DNA from: Chrysomallon squamiferum
Lineage: Eukaryota; Animalia; Mollusca
DNA: 64,000 nt
Assembly: GCA_012295275.1 (NCBI GenBank)
Contig: CM022672.1
Span: 11,842,001 to 11,906,000, forward strand
Direction: 5' to 3'
Of the stretch, positions 55,461 to 64,000 are shown in pieces; position 1 is the stretch's first letter; each line of letters begins with the position of its first letter. Both the position numbers and the translations under genes were made by a program. Under the pieces are notes generated by a model, which worked only from the letters and a program-made list of their open reading frames with translations, had not been told where the DNA came from and searched no databases.

Positions 55461-58400
55461 CACACAAATCCTCTTGCTAAATCTGTTGCATTTTGACAAA
55501 TTTAAAGATCACTTCCAAAACACACAGCCCACATGTGTTATTGGCAATGTTTATAAACAACTGTGCTTATATGTGGAAAGTCATGCTGATTTTCTCTGAG
55601 CTCTTCAATTGCTGTGAGATCTGACAACCCTCGCCACACAGGGAGGGGGATGAAAGACACACACTTGTGACCCTCTTTAGGAGTCAGGCAGTCTGCCCTA
55701 ACCTTTGTCACCACTTGGCCATTGTCTGCAGTCACTTGCATTCTCCGGTGATTTGGCCCCAGGAGGGAGGGGTCCATTCCCAGGGTCTCCCTCTTCACAT
55801 TGTTGCTTTCTGTTGTATCAAGTTTCAGTGTTGCGTAATGCTTTGTCAGAAATTCTCACACCCTTCTGTGATTATATCTTGTTGAGAAATGGAGAGCAGG
55901 ATAGGCTAAATGTGGTTATTTGTTTTTGTTTCTTTTTTTTTAATGTATATCTGTGTTGTTGCAAAATCTGAAAGAATATTGATTGTAGTTGCTTTGATCT
56001 GTTGATATAGTTTTAACAGCATTCCAGTGTTACTGCAAATTTTAACTGTGTGTATAAATTGTACATGCATACATGTATGTGTGTGTGTGTGTGTGTGTGT
56101 TGAAAAGCTGTTGTTCTTTAATTAATTATGAAAAAGTTTTAACAATAAGCCAGTTATTTCTAGTTACTTGACATTAAACAATCAAAAAAAGTCGAATAAA
56201 ATCTAGAAATAAAAATAAAAAATAAATATGCTGACATGTAAATGACAAATGTTATGAAACATGTTCCTCTGAGTATCGATTGTTATTTAAAATAATCAAA
56301 AACTAAAAGAGAAAAAAGAATGAAAAAATGGAGAAATATCTGGTAAAAAAAAATCCAAATATACTTTTAAAATATTTAAATATTTTCAATTCTGAATTAT
56401 AAGGATATTTTTTTTTTTTTTTTTTTTGTCGGAGATGGCATGTCTGTGTGTATTTATTCAATTTAAAAAAAGACTGCAACCAAAAACAAAAGAAAATGCT
56501 TGCAATTGTTTAGATAAAACCTATGTATATAAACTGTTATGAAACCAAGGGAAACAATGAGTTACTGAAATTTCAGACAATGCATCGTGTGGCAAAGATG
56601 ACCCAGTACAATGTAATGAATAATTGATTGCAAGTGACATATACCTTGACATTTAACAAATGCTAACATGCAGTTTTAATGCTTTTTCCATGTACATATC
56701 ACTGCCAGAAAACACAGGTTACATTATTTAGAAATTACAATTATTTTACTTTTTTTCCCATTTCACCCTGGGCTCCCTGACTGGTATTATCAAAAGGTCA
56801 TGGAAGGTTATTTCCTGTCTGCAGGAAGGTCAGTTTAATTTACAAATGATACACTGCTGCTAATGGGTAAGCTTATGGATGCAGATAAACACTTATTTAT
56901 TTGTACTTCAGTTCTTTTTCATGGAACTGAGGAATCCTAAGTTGGCCTATATAACAGCATGTTCAAGCAATATATTTACGTTCATTAATAAATGTGTGCA
57001 TATATATATAAATGTGTTTGTGTATGTGTGTGTTTATGTGTCCTTATGTGTATCTATATATACATGTGTATATGTGTATATTTTACACTTGAACCATATT
57101 TATGAGAAAAAGAGAAAGAAAGAAAGTGAAAAAAAAAAAAAAAAAAGAGAAAAAAAAAGAAGAAAAATTGTATCAGTTACACATCTAAGGCATTTTTCAT
57201 TTTTCATTATTCAAATCCAGTAACAGTTGGACTAATGAAGACTTAAACATATTGACTGTGTCTGTGTCTGTGTGTGTTCTTACAAATGAATTAAAACATG
57301 AACTTCTTCCCACAAACCTCACACTTGTGAAATCTGGTCTTTGGGTTACAAATATCTTACAAGTTATCCCGAATTAAAAATTCAAAAAAAAAAAAAAAAA
57401 AAAATCTCCTCCATTAAACAACCACACCACTTGTAAACATGAGAAAAGGATGAGACCCCACAGAGATAAGGATTAAAGTTTTGCATAAATAATAGATGAG
57501 GACTTCTGTTTCTGTGGACTTGTGTTTATTCTGACAGCTGTGGCATTGCCTGCTGACATGCAACAACTTGAGGAAGTTGGTGATCGGCTGGTATAACCTT
57601 CTACACTAACTCTCTAATGAGAAGAGATCCGTTTTCTTAATGAAGTTTACTTAGAGTTACTTTCCTTGCTGTACCAGAAATGCACTCAACATCCTATGAT
57701 ATATATATATAAGTGTGTGTTTTTAAAATTTGTAAAAATTATTGTTATTTATATATTTATTTTATTTTATTTTTTGCACCAGAATTTTAAATTTTATTAT
57801 TACTAAATTATATTTTTTTTTCTCTCCATAAGTTCACAAAATGCTTGAATTTCTGATATCACTTTTTGGCTACTTGTGAAAATGGTACCAAAATAACATG
57901 TCAGAATATTAATTTACCATCAACACAGTCTAAAAATAATCTTACCATAATGAAATCAGATTAATTTGTAATGAATTTTATTTTGAAACATATCTCTTAC
58001 AGAAAGTGTTTCTTTCGGTTTCAAAAAGTTGTTGAAATATGACATACAAACAAATAAATAATTGTATGTAGAAGAAAACGAGTCTATACAAAATCCCTTT
58101 AAAACATTATTTGGAGGAATAAAATGGTGTGAAAAATTAACATGAAAAGCTGTTGGTCTTGTTGCTGTTCAGACTCTTGGTTTATCAAATACTGTGCACA
58201 GCTGTCTATGGGAAGGTGAATACAGTAAGAGTAAACACTGGAATGGTGGTCGAAGGTTTATCATAATTTTATTTGAAATGCACGACTGACATCAAATAAC
58301 CATTAATTTTAAAATGTATTGAGATCTACCATGACATCTGGTGAGGAAAAAATGGGAACTGAAAGTACCACACACGCGCATACACACACTCACACACACA

Positions 58401-58804
58401 CACGCACAAACACACACACACACACGCACACACGCACACCATACATACATATATCATCCAAACACTGAAGCTTAATAATGGAAAAATGATATCATCAATT
58501 CTCCTTAGTAAAAGTTTTGTTATTACATACCACCCAAACACTTGTGTAAAAAAAAATGTATCAGGTTTCTTCAATACTCATTTACTCTCAAAAACTTTAA
58601 AAAGACAAAATTGGCTTCAATTTTCACTTAGACAAGCCTTACGTGTAAACTGAAATTTACATACCACCCACTGAATACATCTTAATAATGAAAATGGAAT
58701 TGTACTTGGTGAGTGTCATTTAACTGCTTGCCTCTATTTAAAACATTTTTCAATTCAGAACTGATATTTAGCAGTAGTATATTAGTCAGATAAACATACA
58801 CTGG

Positions 58805-59930
58805 TTTCCTTCCAATTAAACTTTAAATTAGAAAAACAGAAAGTTATTTGATTATTAACGTCAAGATTTAAAACCAATAATTAATTTAGTTTTTATTTGC
58901 AATATGTAGTGTATAAATCTTTCACCATACAAACAATAGCCAAACAATTAATTTTAAAATGGAACTATTGAAAGTAAATGATTTAATTGTTAATGTGGTT
59001 TTTACACATTTTTAATATAAAGATTTTAAAACAGTGTTTTTATTTATAGCAAGTTATAGGTCTATATTTTAATGATCAAACAATAGTCAACCAATTAAAT
59101 TTTAAATCAGAAGTATGGAAAAGTAATTTCTTTAATTATTAATATAATTTCCAAAACTTTTTTTTTTTTAAATCAGAATTTAATATAGTGTTTTTATTTA
59201 TAATAATAAAAATATGTCTTTCATCATACAAAAGTGGCAGTGTTCCTACCAATTAAATTTTAAAATGGAACAGTTGAAAGTAATTTGTTTAATTGTTTGT
59301 GAATTTTTTAAAACATTAAAAAAAAAAAAAAAATTAAATTAGTGTTCTTACTTTACAGTCAGTGATTTATTTACAACAATAGTTATTCTCTGACCAATTA
59401 AATTTCAAAACAGAAAATTAATTTGTACAGCTTTTGGTATGGTTTATAAATATTTCATTAAGTCACAATTTAAAACAAATATCTTCATTTAGCAGTGGTA
59501 AAAGACCTGCCTTTCACCATAGAAACAACAATTAAGTTTTAAAACAGATTTGCAGAAAGTAATTTAATTGTTAATTTTAAACTATTTATGAATTCAAAAT
59601 TAAAAAAAAAAAAAAAAAAGTAAAAATAGGCCTATCTTTCATCACACAAACAATAATCAGTATCAAACCTATTAAATTTTAAAAAAGGAAATTCAGAAAC
59701 AATTTCATTACTTACTGGCTGACTCCAGTCATTTACATTATAAACCAAATTATCTAACCAATTATATTTTTAAACAAAACTTCCTTCACAAAGGTATTTC
59801 CTTAATTATCAATTCCAATGTTTTTAAACCAATAATTATATTAAAATTCAAAAAAAAAAAAAAAAATCCAACAATAATACAGAGTTAAAATAAAAGCCAA
59901 GCTCTGACTAATTAAATTATAAAATGTAAA
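58805..59930. repeat. About 145-bp degenerate tandem repeat, 7 or more units
   Basis: CCAATTAAATTTTAAAA..GAAAGTAAT and CTTTCA(C/T)CATACAAACAAT recur. Confidence 0.75.
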
Positions 59931-60599
59931 CAGAGAATGTAAATTGTACTGCACCACCTTAGTGCATTAAAAAAATTTAATAATAATAGCTACTTAAATT
60001 TTAATTTAAAAAAAAATCATGAAAAAATGTCAGAATTACATCCATGTGTTAATTTTTTTTTTTAAATGCACCTATCTATTAAAATTTAATTTAGCTAAAT
60101 GAAATCAGCTTCACTTTATGAGACAATACAGTTAGCGTGGGTTCATACCTGACATTTATAGTGTGTGTCAGAGGGTTAACTGCAAAAGGGTTAATTACTC
60201 ACATTACTGCTCTCTGCAGATTAATTCTGGTGAGCTGTATGGACAATTCATATTGACAACAGCACTGTCTGACCTACAGCATTTTCACAATCTACTTCTT
60301 AATTACCTAATTATTTGTACCATCTCTTTCTGAAAAAAAACAAAAACAAAAAAAAATTAAAATTAATTTCAAACACATGCTCATAGAGTTCAATTTTCCA
60401 CAAAAGAACGATTAATGGAAAGATAATGTTTTGCAACCATTAAAACTATTTTGAGATTTATAATTACAGTCGATTCGTTTTACATTGATTTTCCCAATCC
60501 AACTATCAAAGACTACTAAGATGGATCAAGTATATTTTTTGTATTAATTTGTAAGAGTAGTTTGTAGAGGAGGGATCAGGTTACCAATCTCATTCTATT

Positions 60600-61170
60600 A
60601 CAATGGAAGAAATGTTTTACTTAACATCACTGTACAAAATTTGAATGCTAACCACACATATAAAGAAAAAAGAAACAATTAGCAGAAAGGAATCTTTTAT
60701 TTGCACCTTCCCATTTACATTTAAAGCTACAATGGCTAATAAATATCATTAAGAACCATACAGACAAGAAGAAAAGAAACCTGATTCCAGCACATCATGT
60801 ATTATTCTTTTTCAGTTAGCAACAGGAAATCTTTTATAAATGCCTTCCCATTTATGGATATACAGTACAAAAAAATGGTTACAGAAAAGACTATATATAT
60901 AAGTAGAAAGAAAAACTGCTAAGACATTATGGGCTATTTTATTTTTTCTCTATTTATTTATTTATTATTATTTTTTTTATATTAGCAATAAATGGACTTA
61001 TATGTGTACCTTCCCAAATGCAGAAGAAAAAAACATACCACAGCCTTTGATAAAGCTGTCATGGAGCACTACCTAAAGTGGGAAATAGTTCAGTAACTGC
61101 AAGGAGGAAAATTGATCTAGTAACCTATTATATACCACATGCTCATACTCTAACCATTGAGCCACAACCC
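60600..61170 (-). mobile_element. Decayed tRNA-derived SINE with triplicated core segment
   Basis: Minus-strand head has an A-box-like TGGCTCAATGG near 61155-61165. The core ATTAGCAGCAAGG..TCTTTTAT..CACCTTCCCA occurs three times (about 60678, 60816, 60980). The tail GAAATGTTTTACTTAAC is shared with other copies in the window. Confidence 0.7.
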
Positions 61171-61309
61171 ACTGAGCACTAACAGTGTTGTTGTTGCACA
61201 ATCAATTATTTGTCTAACATTCTTAATATTAAATGCAGTGAGCAGTTGTTTAATAAAAACACAATCATTTAATCATTCATTTAGTTCAGTTTAACTAACT
61301 GTTTTTTTT

Positions 61310-61752
61310 TTCAGGAAAATATTTTTTTCTTTAATGAAATCACAACTGAAATTCAAATTACAGTCTTTTCCAGTCAAAATTTCAAAGTCAGAACATATCA
61401 ATTGTTGAACCAAAATTTTTTCGTCATACAGATACAGCACAATTCAATTAAACTGTTTTTTTCTTTAAAGAAAGCAAAGCTGAAGTTAAAAATTAGATAC
61501 TTCAAGCCAAAGATTCAGTCCATTTTTACATGCCAGTTGTCAAACATATTTACTCATTCAGTCATACAGATATAGTCAAATTTTCTTTTTGTCTTTATTA
61601 CTTTTTTTTTTTTCTCTTTAATGAAACCACAGTTCAAACTAAAATTACAGTCTTTTCAAGGCAAAAGGACAAATTCAGTTCGTGGCAATTTGTTCTTGTA
61701 AAAGATACATAACCCAGATCATGAAGCAACAACTGAAGATAATTACAGTCTG
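61310..61752. repeat. About 140-bp degenerate tandem repeat
   Basis: CTTTAATGAAA..CAACTGAA..AATTACAGTC recurs about 4 times. Confidence 0.65.
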
Positions 61753-63049
61753 AAAAAAAGAAAAAAAAAGTGAAAACAAAGTTTAGGATTAAAAATAAGA
61801 TGGAAAAAAAAAGGGAGAGAGAACAATTTTTTAAAAAGTAGATGAAAAAAAAATGAATAAGAAGATAATTTTTTTTTAAAATAGATGAAAAAACACAAAC
61901 ATTTTTTTTTTTTTTTTTTTTTGAAACAATAAGATCAAAAAAAGGAAGAACTGAAAAAAAAAAAAAAAAGACTAGAAGAAGAATTAAATAAAGAAGAAAA
62001 AGGTTGAAAAATAATGAGAAAAGTTGCGATGGTTATTGATTTCAGAGTTATGTGGTAAAGATGGCAGATTAGCCCAGTATGACATGAAGCTATTTCTGTA
62101 GTCCTCACTGAGCCCAGGTTCCCTCACACTTGATTAATTAATTAATAAGTAGATGACAACAAGGATAAGGGTGTTATGGAAAAAAGAAGAAGAAGAAAAA
62201 CTGTGGAACTGAAAGATATTTAGAGGAACTGATTTGGTCAATAAGGGGAAGGTTAAGAATCTATAATGAATACCAGAATTGTTTAAGGGATGCAACAAGG
62301 GAGATGTTTAGGAGAAGGAAGGTACATGATAAAATGAGTTAAAAAAGACAAGGAAAATATAGGAATGACAAACAGAGGATGCAAGATACAGGGTGAAATG
62401 AAAATTTAACTGAATTGTACAAGGGAAAAAAACAGGGTAGGTGTTAAGTGGAAGGAAGGTAAATGATGAAATGAGAAATACAAAGAAAGTATAGAATAAT
62501 TAAATAATGGGGTTGAGATAAATAAAATTAAAAAAGTCAGAATTATTTGGTATACTGATGCACTAGAAAAGAAACTGAGCAGAACATTTTAAAACTACAT
62601 AATAACTGAAGAAATAAGTATTATTCTGTCTACCTTTCTCAAATAATATAATTATTAAAATACCATACTGTGCATTATGAACACTTGTTGGAACTGAAAA
62701 TATCTCAGAATCAATGATGACATCCAGTTCTGGTGAACTATCTTTGAAGCTCTATAACCACTCCTTGGTTCTGAGTGACATTAACAATATTTTTCAGTTA
62801 CCTTGATTCTCAGTGTAACACCAATGAAAAAGCAAATCCATTCCACTTTGCTAATTAACTGCATCAATAGCAATGTAAGGGACTGGTTTGGTCAATCATA
62901 TTGGTATTATTACTATCATTATCATCGAAAGAAACAGAAAACTCGCAATAACAACATTTTCATTTCCAGCAGAGGCCTCATCACAGGTTTTGATTTGTGA
63001 TGTCCTGTTTAAAGGCAGCGCCAGTAATGTTTTTTGCTACTGGTAAATA

Positions 63050-63305
63050 CAGAAGATCTCTTACTGCTAACTGAAATGGCTCAAGGAATAGCATTTTTGT
63101 TTCTGGATAGTTTGATATAAAAGAACTCTTACTGCTGAGTTAGATAAGATAGTTAAAAAAATAACAAATGTGTCTGTGGGTGCTGAAAATAAAAGAAGCT
63201 TTTCTGCTGACTGATAAAAATAGCTCAAGAAATATCATTTTCTGTCTATGAAAAAAGAATATTTGCAGATAACTGATAAAAGTAGCAGCAGGTTTCATCT
63301 TCATA
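63050..63305 (+). repeat. Tandem amplification (about 4 x 65 bp) of the SINE core
   Basis: AAAAGA(T/A)CTCTTACTGCT recurs near 63052, 63119 and 63191, with a decayed fourth unit ending AGTAGCAGCAGGTTTC. Confidence 0.55.
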
Positions 63306-64000
63306 TGATCAAATCAAGAAGCTTAAAGTTTACAGCTAAAACTGATAATACATAAATGTATTCAGGTTAATAAAAAAAAAATGTATTCTATAAATGGTCT
63401 TGTTTATGATCTTTATCTCAGAAAATAATATTACCAATGCACAACAGAACAAAACAGTACACAAAAACAGACTCAAGCATGAAAAACAAAATTTCATACA
63501 ATGTGACTTTAAAAATAAATAAATAAACAAAACGATAATAAAAACAATAGCACATAAATAAATAAAGCTTTGTGAATTCGTATCACTGGATTATCAAGGA
63601 GACTGTGTAATAAACATCTTTTCAGTTAGGTCTATCAACCAGAACACATATTAGTCATAACTTTGGTTTCTGGATCCGTTGCAACATAAAACACATAACT
63701 GAAAACCCCACTTCATTAAGCACATGACAAAAAATATATATACAAAAACGTGAAACCAAATCTCCACTACTTTTTTTGTTGTTGTTATCTGTTGTCAACA
63801 TCTGAATATACCCAATTATCTTCCACTTGTTACAAATGGTGTGAATAACCAAACTGTCTGTAAAAGCAGATAAATAATTAATGTTAGAATTAAGTGTAAT
63901 TTACGGAGATCTGCCAGATATCCTGAATGCAGTCAGTCAGGTTTTTACTCAGATGTATGTCCTGTGGATGATATAATTATCTTTACTTTTCTGTATTTTT

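Noticed and set aside
55538-55971. Three overlapping ORFs in a GC-richer island
   Set aside because: No recognisable protein and no convincing splice sites; open frames are expected at this GC content.
56825-56866. Plus-strand CAG|42 nt|GTAAGC candidate exon
   Set aside because: Stop codons occur in all three frames.
725-63305. Orientation bias of SINE copies (about 9 minus versus 3 plus)
   Set aside because: Too few copies, identified by eye, to be significant.
1620-63852. ORFs of the supplied six-frame track
   Set aside because: Nearly all are short read-throughs of microsatellites or AT-rich tracts (SLSL, HTHT, CVCV, poly-K/F/N) with no recognisable domain or splice context.

Overview
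Very AT-rich (about 30% GC by eye), CpG-depleted eukaryotic genomic DNA, probably from an invertebrate and most likely a mollusc (inferred from the SINE family recalled from memory). None of the supplied ORFs looks like a real protein; most are microsatellite or low-complexity read-throughs. The one well-supported coding feature is absent from the ORF track: a minus-strand exon at 30384-30258 encoding MGVMDTFCCQCCGMVVRFRRKQFWIVLLWIALLSPAYEALNL, a signal peptide ending at a phase-1 G|GTGAGT donor. It lies beside a CpG-retaining promoter-like region (about 30760-31150) and appears to be followed by an intron of more than 30 kb. The rest is non-coding: about a dozen decayed tRNA-type SINE copies, a Tigger4/Zombi-like DNA transposon end, MITE-like ends, microsatellites and many locally unique degenerate tandem arrays alternating with short complex islands. 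The most interesting signals are a textbook plus-strand recursive-splice motif at 28801, a 27-bp inverted pair that covers a candidate splice acceptor, the Tigger4-like fragment, a possible acylated N-terminal extension and uORF chain, a candidate 8-nt micro-exon, and clusters of Pax and CAGGT(A/G) sites. I cannot claim a new biological system with confidence.
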